The notes beneath the pieces were generated by a model. That model did not search any database and was not told where the DNA came from. It was given only the letters and a program-made list of their open reading frames with translations. From positions 48,546,001-48,610,000 of the forward strand of contig OX597835.1 in assembly GCA_951406725.2 (NCBI GenBank): DNA of 64,000 nucleotides. Direction: 5' to 3'. Origin of the DNA: Octopus vulgaris (Eukaryota). Positions 42,171-54,570 of the stretch are shown here, in pieces. Both the position numbers and the translations under genes were made by a program. Numbering within the stretch: the first letter of the stretch is position 1; each line of letters starts with the position of its first letter.

Positions 42171-42412
42171 ATGTCATTGTGTCTATATTTTCCCCCAGCA
42201 CCGCTTGACAACCAGTGTTAGTCTGTTTAGGTCCGCGTATATTAGCAGTTCGGCAAAAGTAAACGCGAGAATATGCTTTATAGAAAAAAAATGTACTGGG
42301 ATCGATTCATTTGACTAAAAGTTCTTTAAGGAAGTGCTCCAGCATGGCCACAGGCTAATGATTGACAAAAATAAAAATAAAAATATAAAAAGACACACAT
42401 GCATATGTGTAT

Positions 42413-42451
<39 letters not shown>

Positions 42452-42599
42452 CACATACATATACACATATCTAAATGTGTATGCATGCATTTGCATATAT
42501 GCGCATGCGTTTGTGCTTGAGTGACTTTGTGTCTTTTTGTCTTAACATCACACGATAGACGTAATTATGTATCACCTTCATAGAAGAATTGTTCGTGTT

Positions 42600-43985
42600 T
42601 CCAGTCTTACGTGCGAGCGAGGTAGTTCCATGTGGAATATGGCCTGGAATATGACCTTGCTTTCAAAATGTTGAGTGATATATCCCCGATATTATTTTTA
42701 AAAGATACATGTTCATCACGGACTTCCATTAACGAATGTCCAGGACGGTGCCGGGTTTTGAACGCTTTATCCCGGCCGGTTTCTGGACAGTTTATATGCA
42801 CATGCAGCAATATAAATAGCCTCTCATTTGAATTTCTACTTGGCGATTATTTCTGCAAGTTCGTTTGTTATTTGTGTGCGATATAAACCATTCAAAAATT
42901 TCCATTGCCTATTTCTTGCCCATTTATCATCATTAATAGTTTGTGTTTTCTTCCTGCTTCTTTAATACGAATAATATTTTGCTTCAAACCGGTTTCAGTT
43001 GCTGGCAACCTTTTTGTGTTGAAAGCTTTTCTGTAGTTGGATTCACTCTTATTATTACAGTTCTTGTTTCGTTGTCCTTTTTTCAGTTAATATGCTTCAC
43101 TATCGTTTCTTTAATATTACATGCACGTTCTGTTGAAAATTGCTTCGCAATATTTCATTTTAAAGCAGTTTGCTTTGAGTTTTACAGTTTTAACTGTCAC
43201 ATGCTTCGTTAACATTCTACTCATAATTAATATTTCATTGCTTTAACAAACGTTATAGTTTTAGTTATTTTTTTCTTTTCAACATAACAAAAGCTAAGAT
43301 TATATTGCTATTAGATATGTCGGTTTGCTTCGCTTCATTCTCCTTTTCTTTATAATAATATTTGATTGTGCAACTCCATGTTATATATAAATAAACAACA
43401 CACTTCTTTCGTTCGGTTCGCATCAAAAGTGTGACAACGAGATGGGCTTAAGTTTTCACTACACATAAACGTAAATAGGATAACGCTATTTACGATGATG
43501 TTGTGCTTAGTAACAAATACTATATGTATAAAAAATGCATCAGAGTTTGTGTATATATATCAAAATTTATCGGTAGTATTTTGGTGGTATTGTTTCATTG
43601 CTTTATCGTGCTTTTAACATGTATCTTCTGTCCATTTTATATGAAAGCCATATATTTAGACTAAATTTCCTGCCTGAACATGATCAAGTTTCCTCGAGTA
43701 TATGTTATCTGTTTATTGCAAACATACGCCGCGATATCAATATTGCTTCCATCATCAAACCTCTTTTTCTGATGAATACTGCAAAGTATGGAAGTAATTA
43801 TTGTTAAGGTCTTTCTATTTAGCATTGCATTATGCCTATTGAAATAGCTTTTTGCTTTAAGTCAAGTTGAATTTACGACAAAGTTGTATTTCTTTGCCCA
43901 CTATAACAGTTGCAATTGAGAAATTTAAACTTCAATAGTCAAATTCGCTTAGAAGGATTTATGAATTTTACATATTTATTTAGGC
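42600..43985 (-). pseudogene. Old, scrambled relic of a Penelope-like element related to the one at 54571
   Basis: Ordered minus-strand peptides VKFINPSK (cf. CRLINPAK), NRKTL (ARKTL), AIFNR..NIKETIVKH (KLFNR..NFKNIINH), AFKTRH (NFKTRF) and NILKARSY (KILARCKPY). Many stops. Confidence 0.45.
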
Positions 43986-44252
43986 ACCGCCGGTATTTGA
44001 ACACTGTGTAGTCGGTATGCTTTCCGTTGCATTAACAGGAATTTCGGTATCGGCTTAATGTATCTCTGAATAATTTTCAGTTCTTCGCAAATCTAGAAAT
44101 ACAGCACAGGACTATATACAGCTATTGGGCGTGTTTATATGTAAGTGTTAGTATGTGTGTGAGTGTGTGTGTGTCCGCGCGCGCGTGCGTGTGCCTATGG
44201 GTAGGGGTGCTTATTCATGTGCATGTCTCTCTCTCTCTATCTCTATATATAT

Positions 44253-44297
<45 letters not shown>

Positions 44298-44420
44298 CAT
44301 ATCTGGCGCTGGTACATGTATATATCCAAATAAATATATACATATATGTCTCACACACATACACTCACACACACACGCATACATACGTACATACATACAT
44401 GCTTACATACATGTATAAAA

Positions 44421-44514
<94 letters not shown>

Positions 44515-44669
44515 GTATTATTGTTATAAACGTGTGAAAGAAGAATAAACAAAAGACGTAAAATAATTTTTATTTATTAGGAAACACCTCGTTATTCCTT
44601 CCCTTGCTACTCAGAGTATCGTGTCACGTATAAAGTTTCCGGAAACACTGAGTTGTCATATATGTGTAT

Positions 44670-44700
<31 letters not shown>

Positions 44701-44797
44701 TATATACATACATACATATATATATATACACATATATGATTATTTATACATACCTATATACGCGGGTTTGTAAGGTTTATGTAAACTTTTAATATGA

Positions 44798-44883
<86 letters not shown>

Positions 44884-45621
44884 ATATATATGATATATAT
44901 ATATATTTATAAGTATATATATATATATATATATATATAAATACACGTATATAACTTGATATACGTTTCTATACATAAATATAAATATGTTAAAATACTT
45001 ATATGTATATACATAAGCACACACGTACACACACACATTCACACATATATATGCGGAAATAGAATATAACATATAGTGCATAGCGTGTAGCATGTATACA
45101 ACACATAAAACTATTTCATACAACTTCTCCCTTGAGTCTGTCGTATAGCGGTTTCGTTTCGTCCTTTATATCAAAAACCAAAATGGCGGACACACGGGAA
45201 TACATCCTCCATGTTTACCACTGGTAGTTGACAGTCCGATTGAAAACAACACGAAAATTGCACAGAAACACACACAAAAAAAAAAGTAAACATAAAAAAA
45301 AAGAACTACGAGAAACACCGGCATAAAATATAGAAAACAACAGCAACAAGAACAACAACAAAAGAAATAATGTATTATTATTTAGGAAACGGCAATATAT
45401 AAAGCCGTATGTGAACAGCACCAACAATATTAACACTAACAGAAGGACAATAAAAACGATAAACTATTAAAAGACATTGAAAAAGTTTATTTAAAATCAT
45501 ACATATTTGCTGTATGTATGTGTGTATATATACACATACATTTATACACACGCACACACACACACACACACATACACACAGACACACACACATATATGTA
45601 TATATATAGAGAGAGATATGC

Positions 45622-45662
<41 letters not shown>

Positions 45663-45765
45663 AAATTATGTGTGTTTCTTATGTGTGTGTATATATATAT
45701 ATGAATATAAAATAGATGTATATATGCATATATGTAAGTATATATGTATATATGCTTGTTAATGC

Positions 45766-45813
<48 letters not shown>

Positions 45814-46124
45814 TATTTTTGTTTACTGTTGGTACTTTTTTCCATTTTGTACTATTATTGTGTATTATTGTTGTCTGTGAATTGTGTATGGTCCGACATA
45901 CTCACAAACATTTTCAGTCATAGACGCATGTGGAACGCAAAAACAGGGACATTCACTTAAACACATGCACACAAATGTATAGTCACGCGCACACATTCAC
46001 GCGCGCACACACATATGTAAACATGTATATAAATGCATATATTCGTATGCATAATGTATTTGTATACGTAGTCATACATGTATATATGTGTGTGGGTGGG
46101 TGTGTATGTACATATATGTATATG

Positions 46125-46233
<109 letters not shown>

Positions 46234-48840
46234 TATTCCCGTGTACAAACACGCTGAAATATGTAACGAGAAAAACCATACACATACAAGTAAGTATATT
46301 CCTCACCACTTTTGACTACTACATTCCATGTGTGTTATATTTTTCTCATGTCAACGTAAGCATACCAGAAGCATAGTTCTGATCGTTCGTAAATGATTAT
46401 TGCACAAAATTATTACCGAGAATCCTTAAATTGGTGAACAAATTTTCTTTGGTCACTTCACTCTTGTGTTTTGAGGATGCGCGTCAGTTTGCTCCGTTTT
46501 TAATTGAAAACTTTTGCAATGTTCTCACGATTTTATGTAAATCTGTTGTAACATAGCGCAGTACCACTATGATAATAGATACAGATAACAATTTATTACG
46601 TAGATGCAAGATTTCGATTCCCAGACCGAGCTATGTAAGGTGTTCTTGAACAAGACACTGTATATCACGTTGCTCCAGTTCACTCAGTTGTAGAAATGAG
46701 ATGCAACATCACTTTTTCTTTCTATTGGATAACATAAGTGGTGTGGAGAGCGGAGACAGGTAGGAATGGGTGTCTGCTGATCTTCCATAAACAACCTTAC
46801 TTGGACTGGTGCCTCGGAGGGGTACTTTTTATGTGCAATGGCAGGGTCATTCATGACTAAAGGCTGTCTTTGCCCTTTATGTACAAGAGTTAGAAATTGT
46901 ACATTAATTCACCAAATATATTGTTTCCCCACTTTTCTTCTTTATTTATGCAGAGAATTTAACGTTTAGAAGATCACATGGCTTTTGTTGCCTGTTTCAT
47001 CTGGTATTTTGTGTTAGCAATGGATTGCTGTTTTTATTGGAAAGCCACAATATATTCCATATTTTCAAAGACTTGAGTTCATTCTTTAATACATCCCTAT
47101 CAACAGCTATGTATATTTTAATTGCATACAACCATGATATACTATCAAAGTAGGCTTTAAATTAAATACTGTGTCTCACCTGTGACAGCACTTATTAAAG
47201 GAATTCTCTTTGTAAAATTATCTCTACAGATATTCAATAGAAATTAGAGCCAGCACTGATTTGTTATGGCGTTTCGTATATGAATACCTCGATGTAAGCA
47301 ATGCGATCGGAGATAGAAGAATAGGGAATGTGTGTATATGCATATTTCAGGAGTTCTTGCTCCCTTTTCAGCGTCACATTTACCCCATTAACCACACACG
47401 AATTCATTGCTTAAATAGTCACCATGTATAGCAGTGTTACATTATTAGATCTGCCAATTCGCCAATTTGCTACCCGGGGCCCCTTACTGTACTATTATTG
47501 TTTAGTTGAGTAATACAACAGTTTCTGCTTCACTCGCTCTCAGCCTCACGCGGATCCTCGCTGTGTCTCACTGCTGATGAGGGACTTACATACTGGTGCT
47601 TCTCAATGCCTTCCTATTCTTCTATGATTTCAAGTGAACCGTCTAGTATCCCTTCAAAACTAATCATATTAAATGGTCATTGTGTAAATCTCAACTGAAG
47701 TAGACCATTGTTACTCGAGCATTGTTCGCTGCACCATTACAGACAACATCCTCATCAATTACGAAATTCTTGTGGCATTCTTTCTCGGTTCTAAACCATT
47801 CTTTGGAGACTGTGCATTGATATCCACAACTTACGTTCTGTCAATCTTCCTTCAATTGACAAACAAATATGAACACTTAATCGAACCAACTTCCATTCCT
47901 ATGTCTACCATTTATTTGGTTATCACCCTCTTTCTCATTAAGTTACTTCCCTTCGCTGATGCAAAAGGTACCATCATTAATAGCTGGTCCCGTGCCTTCA
48001 AAAATTGTAGTATTTTATATATGAATAAGGTACAAAACCAAGTTTTTAGTTTAATAATTCATTTATTACTAAATTTTTTGTAAAAAAATCTATCCGCAAT
48101 TAACATCCCTTGACTGCTTGTTTCCTCCAAAAGAATGTTAAGTTTTCCTTCCTTCTTGTACGATTTGGGCCTACACAAAGCTGGCCATGACTAAATACAG
48201 GAACTGGTAAGTAAATATCAAGCTTTTCGAAGCGACATTTCAGTTGTGCCCTCCATTACTCAAACCAATCTAAACTCCTACGACTTAAAGCCACAAAAAT
48301 CAGTCTGTGACTTACAGTTGTAAAAAAATCCTATTAAAAATTTATTACATAAATTTCTTAATATAAACAAATTAGGCGCATGTATGAACTGTTAAATGTG
48401 TATCTATAAAATGCTTTTCAACTGCAGTCGTTTTCTCTATTGAGTTTGTATATGTTTGTGTAGATGTGCTTGATTGTAATAATTATTTTTAACAAAACAG
48501 AATATGGATGGTAATTCAAATTAAAACACTTGTCAATGTTATCCAGTGGTTGTCTTTTGGGATGTGACATCGATCATCATTTGTTACTGAAAGAACGCTG
48601 GTACTCACGCATACACACATATACTCACACATAGTTGAAACGCTGTTTGATTTTTCTTTTCAGTGTTAAATGTTTACCATCCCACTTCCATTGCACACAC
48701 ATATACTCACACAGTTGAAACGTTGATTTTTTTCACCCCTTGCTTCCTTATTCATCTATCACCCCTTCCTTTCTCATTCATGTGTTGTGACGGAGAAAAT
48801 CACAAGAGTATCATTATAGTAGATTATTATAATTGCCTTT

Positions 48841-48943
48841 GCACAGCTTCTAACGCTGGAGATGTACTACAGTGTCAGCTGTTCCCTACTAGTGAACTAA
48901 CATAACACCTCTATTATTATTATTATTGTTGTTATTATTATTA

Positions 48944-48999
<56 letters not shown>

Positions 49000-49423
49000 A
49001 GTAGTAGTAGTAGTATTAGTATTAGTATTATCGCACAGATTCTAACGCTGGAGATGTACTACAGTGTCAGTTGTTCACTACCAATGAACTAAGGTAACAC
49101 CTCTTACTTTTCGAGCACCTTCCATAGTATTCGAGCTGTTCCAAGCAGTGCTGTTTTCTGCAAGTGCTCCACCCTTATTGCAGCCCGTATTTGTTCCACG
49201 TATTTATCGAGATTTTTGCTCACAGTTCTCGGGGCTCCGACAATTATTGGTACTACTGCTACCTTTTTCATCGACCACAACTGCTTAACTTCCCAAGCTA
49301 ACCTGTCATATCTTTCAACTTTTCTTTCTTCTTTATCGCATACATTGTTGTTAGCTGGGCATGCTATATCTATGATACAGCATAGTTTGTTTGCTTTCTC
49401 AATTAAGACTATGTCTGGCATTC

Positions 49424-49424
<1 letters not shown>
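48841..49424 (-). mobile_element. Two head-to-tail 3' fragments of a third RLE LINE family in (TTA)n: 49031-49424 (RLE + 3'UTR) and 48841-48911 (3'UTR only)
   Basis: RMPDIVLIEK..IIDIACP..RKVERYDRL..VPIIVGA..LQKTALLGTARIL*. The 70-bp UTR (TCTAACGCTGGAGATGTACTACAGTGTCAG) occurs twice. Confidence 0.88.
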
Positions 49425-49495
<71 letters not shown>

Positions 49496-50527
49496 AAAAT
49501 TGGCGTAACTCTTCACGAAAGTAAACAGGCAATAAGAAAAGCGCGATACGTTTTGTAATAAATTGTTTATTTAACCGTTATCTCAACAATATCTCAACAA
49601 ATCGTCTGTCTTCAGATTCAAAATGTAAAATGAAAACAGCCGCAGATACTCAGAAATTCAAAAGATATCCGAGGAATTCGTGCATTCCCATTTTAGTCCT
49701 TCATCATCAGTTTTCAATTTTCTAACTCGAAAAAGGGAACAGAAAAAAACAAGAAAAAGAAAAAAAAAAGAAAAAAGAATATTTAATCGAACAATTTTTG
49801 TAAATGCGATGAGATTCACCTGCCATTTTACTCATTTCTCCAGGGCGTGCAGTAAGTAATTCACAAATATATTTTATCCTCATGCATTTTGAGGAGCGAA
49901 AGTGTAGCAGATTCAGAACATTTTCTGGGAATATGCAGTATCCGTTGTTCCTCAAAATTGCAGCCGTTTGATGTAAAATATTCAGCAAGTTTTGTCGAAC
50001 TACTGCTATTGTGCCCATACTTGAGCCCATTGAATCTTTTGTTTTATTGTTCTGTTGTACAAATAGCTTAAGTTCTGCTGTGTACACCAAATGGGAATCT
50101 TTACACGTCCTTCTTTCCGTGTAGATCATAACATTTCTGTTATGATTCCTAATGGAATTGACTTGATTCATGTTGTTGCACAACGAACCAGCTCCATGAT
50201 GCATCCTGGTCTTTTAAATTGTTAGATTCACAGTGGAACTGACCATATGATTCCATGCGGAGTAGTGATTCTTATTGGCTATTCGTGATCGGAATTCATT
50301 AGCACTCTTAATTCCATTTTGTATAAATCGTTTTGCATTAGCAGCATACTGTAGAAGATCTTTGCTGTTTACCAAATGCTCTGTCATATTTCTTCTTTCG
50401 TTCCTGCAATTTAAGGGAGATTTGACCGGTATATCAAACGAATCAAAGACCATGTAGGAAGGATCTTCATTGGTTCTTCACATTGAAGTAGTGCTATATG
50501 TGTGTCTAGTGTCTGTGTAAACACATG

Positions 50528-50558
<31 letters not shown>

Positions 50559-51302
50559 AGAGACAGACAGACAGACAGATAGAAAGAGAGAGAAAGAGAG
50601 AGACAGACAGACAGTCAAACATAAAGTTAGATATTGATATGGATGTGGATGTACATATACGTATATATGAATGTGAATATATATATATGTACATGTGTAT
50701 ATATGTGTGCGTAAGTTTGTTTGACGATGTATTTTTTTTTCTTTTTCCAAGTTGTGAAATGCAGTTTCCTTCCTTCAACAAAATAAATTGGCTTCCTTCA
50801 CACGTCAGGTATTTATATTTTCTTTATCTTCCATGGTACCACTGACCTGATTAACTGACAGACAGCTATCACCGAACTTTTAGCCTGGTTAGCTGAGTCC
50901 CTGGAACATCTTCGATTTCGTCAGATGAAGTCAGACCTCAACAATGAAATTGTTTCATTCAACGAGACTAATGTTGAAACATGCTGCAACGGAAATGGGA
51001 GATGATGCAGTGCATTTTTAGCTATGTATATATGTGTGTGTGTGCGCGTGAGAGAGAGAGAGAGTGTGTGTGTGTGTGTGTATGTGTGTGGGTGTGTATA
51101 CTCATTGTTTCTGTTTTTCAATTTTTTTGCTGCTTTCCTAAATTTGTTCTGTTGCTTTGTTTATTTTCTTGATAAAAAGGAATTTTATTTGAATGTTTTA
51201 ATTCGCTGAGAAATTTTTTTGCTTTCTTGATTGTTGTCTTTATATTCTTTTGTTTGTATATATATATGTACGTATGTATATATGTATATATGTGTATGTA
51301 TA

Positions 51303-51361
<59 letters not shown>

Positions 51362-51390
51362 ATACAATATGTTACATTACTCGGTAGTCA

Positions 51391-51453
51391 AGATAAAACT
51401 CTGAGTTTCAGATGCCGAAGTGGAAATCCACAACACCATCTCTTCGGTTATCT
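51391..51453 (-). ncRNA. Variant hammerhead in the inverted pLTR
   Basis: Reverse complement of 54303-54365. Confidence 0.65.
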
Positions 51454-51648
51454 GGCTATTTGAAAACGTTATGAAAAAATACCGTTAAAAATGAAGGGAA
51501 ATTACTCTGTTATAACTCTGCTTTGCCTGCGTACTTATACATCGCTCGCATTTTTCGTCATAAAAATTATATAAAAATACATAAAAAATATATAAAAATA
51601 TATAAAAATATATAAAATCTTCTTGGGACATAACACAGAAAGCATGTT

Positions 51649-52309
51649 CTATCCGTTTTCTTTAGGGGACCAAAAACGTAACAGAAATTTAGTCACATGT
51701 GGGCATGATCCGAAAAGTTCTGTCCTTGTATTTAGACATGTGGTAGGGTCTAAGCTGCTTTTCCAGATAAGCCATCTCTCCATGTCGCATAAACCGCACC
51801 TTCCGCTGCCGTTAGTATAGGGCTTACATCTGGCCAAAATCTTCCATTGTATGTTATAATCGACACCTTTATCTCTTAAAGACCAAATATGATTGGATAA
51901 TTGTGTCGCTTTTCTTTTGTTCCAGTGCCTAAAGCTCAAAGTGTGGTTATTGAACCTGGTCTTGAAATTACCCTCTGTCAGGCCCACGTATTTCTTCGTC
52001 AAAACGGTGTCTTTAGTGGTTATAGAGTTTACGGTAGCCTCATATATGATGGTCTTGGACATGCAAGCTCCATTTAGCGGGCACAATTCTTTATTCCTGC
52101 ATGAACAGCTGTTTTCTTCTTGTGTTTTTTGTATGTTATGATTGATTATGTTTTTAAAATTGGTAGTTGAACTAAAACTAATTTTTAAATTGTGTCTATT
52201 GAAGAGTTTCCTATAAGCATGGTTAACTGGAAAATGTCTATCTATCAGTGCTAGGAAATATTTACCTATATTGAAGGCCACCTCGGGTGAGTAAGGGGGC
52301 GTAAACCAG
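51649..52309 (-). pseudogene. Inverted partial PLE ORF (Cys linker + GIY-YIG)
   Basis: Translation matches the C-terminal part of the 708-aa ORF. Confidence 0.9.
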
Positions 52310-54107
52310 CACTTTTTTCGGATAAAACCAAGAACTTATACCTGGTAGATAACAGCAAATACACACAACTCTTACACAACAGCATCATTAATAATTATAC
52401 TAAAGCTAGGGCACAGACATATAACGAAATTAATAAAGAAGCTAGCGTCATCGCCGCTAAACTTAAATTAGATAAAAAAATAGAAACCCTCCCCAAAAAG
52501 AGGCCTTTATTACTATTAAAGACCACAAAGAAAACTTCCTTTCCAATCCTAAATGTAGGCTTATCAACCCAGCCAAATCAGAACTAGGGATTATTAGCAA
52601 AGAAATTTTAGATAAAATAAATACGAAAATTAAGAGCGATACTAGGCTAGTGCAATGGTCCAATAGTATAGAAGTCGTAGACTGGTTTAAAGCTATTAAG
52701 AATAAGAAAAAAGCGAGGTTTACACAATTCGATATTGTTGATTTTTATGCCTCTATCTCTAAAGAACTGCTAGATAAAGCCCTAATCTTCGCTAGTGACT
52801 TCATAGAAATTAGTACCAATGATAAGGATATAATCTTCCATGCTAGAAAGACATTACTTTTCAGTGAGAATGCAAAGTGGGTAAAAAACACCGACACGGA
52901 GGGCGCTTTCGATGTGAGCATGGGTTCATATGATGGGGCAGGCATCTGTGATCTAATTGGACTCTTTCTCCTAGATACCTTCAGTAAGACATTCCCTAAC
53001 GTACATTTCGCCATCTACAAAGATGATGCCCTCGCCTTAACAGCTAATACAAATGGACCAGCACAAGATCGTTTTAGGAAGGATATTATCCAGTTAATGA
53101 AACACTTCGGACTTAGTATAACTATAGACACTAACCTGACGGTTGTCAATTTCTTAGACGTTTCCTTAGATCTTAATAATAATATTTATAAGCCTTATAG
53201 GAAGCCCAATGATAGACTAAGTTATATTAATGTAGGTTCATGCCATCCCCCTATAGTATTCAAAAATTTAGTTAAAAATATTAGTAAGAGGATTTCTAGC
53301 CTCTCATCTAATGAGGACATCTTCAATAGCGTTGCCCCAGTTTATAATAAAGCTTTAAAAGATAGTGGTTTTAGCGAAAAAATAAAATATACACCTATCA
53401 CCAGCCCAACAATAAGGAAAAGGAATAATAGAAATAGGAAGGTCATCTGGTTTACGCCCCCTTACTCACCCGAGGTGGCCTTCAATATAGGTAAATATTT
53501 CCTAGCACTGATAGATAGACATTTTCCAGTTAACCATGCTTATAGGAAACTCTTCAATAGACACAATTTAAAAATTAGTTTTAGTTCAACTACCAATTTT
53601 AAAAACATAATCAATCATAACATACAAAAAACACAAGAAGAAAACAGCTGTTCATGCAGGAATAAAGAATTGTGCCCGCTAAATGGAGCTTGCATGTCCA
53701 AGACCATCATATATGAGGCTACCGTAAACTCTATAACCACTAAAGACACCGTTTTGACGAAGAAATACGTGGGCCTGACAGAGGGTAATTTCAAGACCAG
53801 GTTCAATAACCACACTTTGAGCTTTAGGCACTGGAACAAAAGAAAAGCGACACAATTATCCAATCATATTTGGTCTTTAAGAGATAAAGGTGTCGATTAT
53901 AACATACAATGGAAGATTTTGGCCAGATGTAAGCCCTATACTAACGGCAGCGGAAGGTGCGGTTTATGCGACATGGAGAGATGGCTTATCTGGAAAAGCA
54001 GCTTAGACCCTACCACATGTCTAAATACAAGGACAGAACCTTTCGGATCATGCCCACATGTGACTAAATTTCTGTTACGTTTTTGGTCCCCTAAAGAAAA
54101 CGGATAG
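52308..54107 (+). pseudogene. 5'-truncated PLE ORF copy
   Basis: Near-identical to 54897-56697, with a 1-nt C deletion near 52490 and two substitutions I could see (SEK/SEN, TEP/TEL). Confidence 0.92.
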
Positions 54108-54302
54108 AACATGCTTTCTGTGTTATGTCCCAAGAAGATTTTATATATTTTTATATATTTTTATATATTTTTTATGTATTTTTATATAATTTTTATGACG
54201 AAAAATGCGAGCGATGTATAAGTACGCAGGCAAAGCAGAGTTATAACAGAGTAATTTCCCTTCATTTTTAACGGTATTTTTTCATAACGTTTTCAAATAG
54301 CC

Positions 54303-54365
54303 AGATAACCGAAGAGATGGTGTTGTGGATTTCCACTTCGGCATCTGAAACTCAGAGTTTTATCT
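54303..54365 (+). ncRNA. Variant type I hammerhead in the PLE terminal repeat
   Basis: agataa CCGAAGA gatg..(gtgg-attt-ccac)..catc t GAAA ctc-a-gag T T ttatct. 6-bp stem I, near-palindromic stem III, GUU triplet, U4C core and an extra U before GAAA. Confidence 0.65.
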
Positions 54366-54570
54366 TGACTACCGAGTAATGTAACATATTGTATAGATAA
54401 ATTTCCTCTATTTACATAATATTGAGGTCTCTTTCTTTCTTTTGTTATCTTACCGTTTTATCAATAAATCACCTCCCGGACGACGTTATTCTCAACTAAG
54501 AGCTAATACGACCTTTTTGGGATTATCGCCTAACATCGGTTGAGGACTCTCACAAACAAAAGAATCTAAT

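Noticed and set aside
44605-44655. CTACTCAGAGTATC..GAAACACTGAGTTG short inverted match resembling hammerhead 3' halves
   Set aside because: No CTGANGA half, and the match is too short and diverged.
45180-45189. AAAATGGCGG YY1-like motif (similar strings near 640-660)
   Set aside because: A short motif alone with no other promoter evidence.
47572-47582. Isolated CTGATGA (also at 43769, and CTGACGA on the minus strand near 50920)
   Set aside because: No correctly placed GAAA with stems I and III, so expected by chance.
49844-49851. Strong-looking micro-exon tttctccag-GGCGTGCA-gtaagt
   Set aside because: Only 8 nt, not frame-preserving, and no supporting neighbours.
54140-54195. (TTATATATTT)n short tandem, present three times in the window
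   Set aside because: It is part of the PLE 3' untranslated repeat. It has no spacers and is not CRISPR-like.
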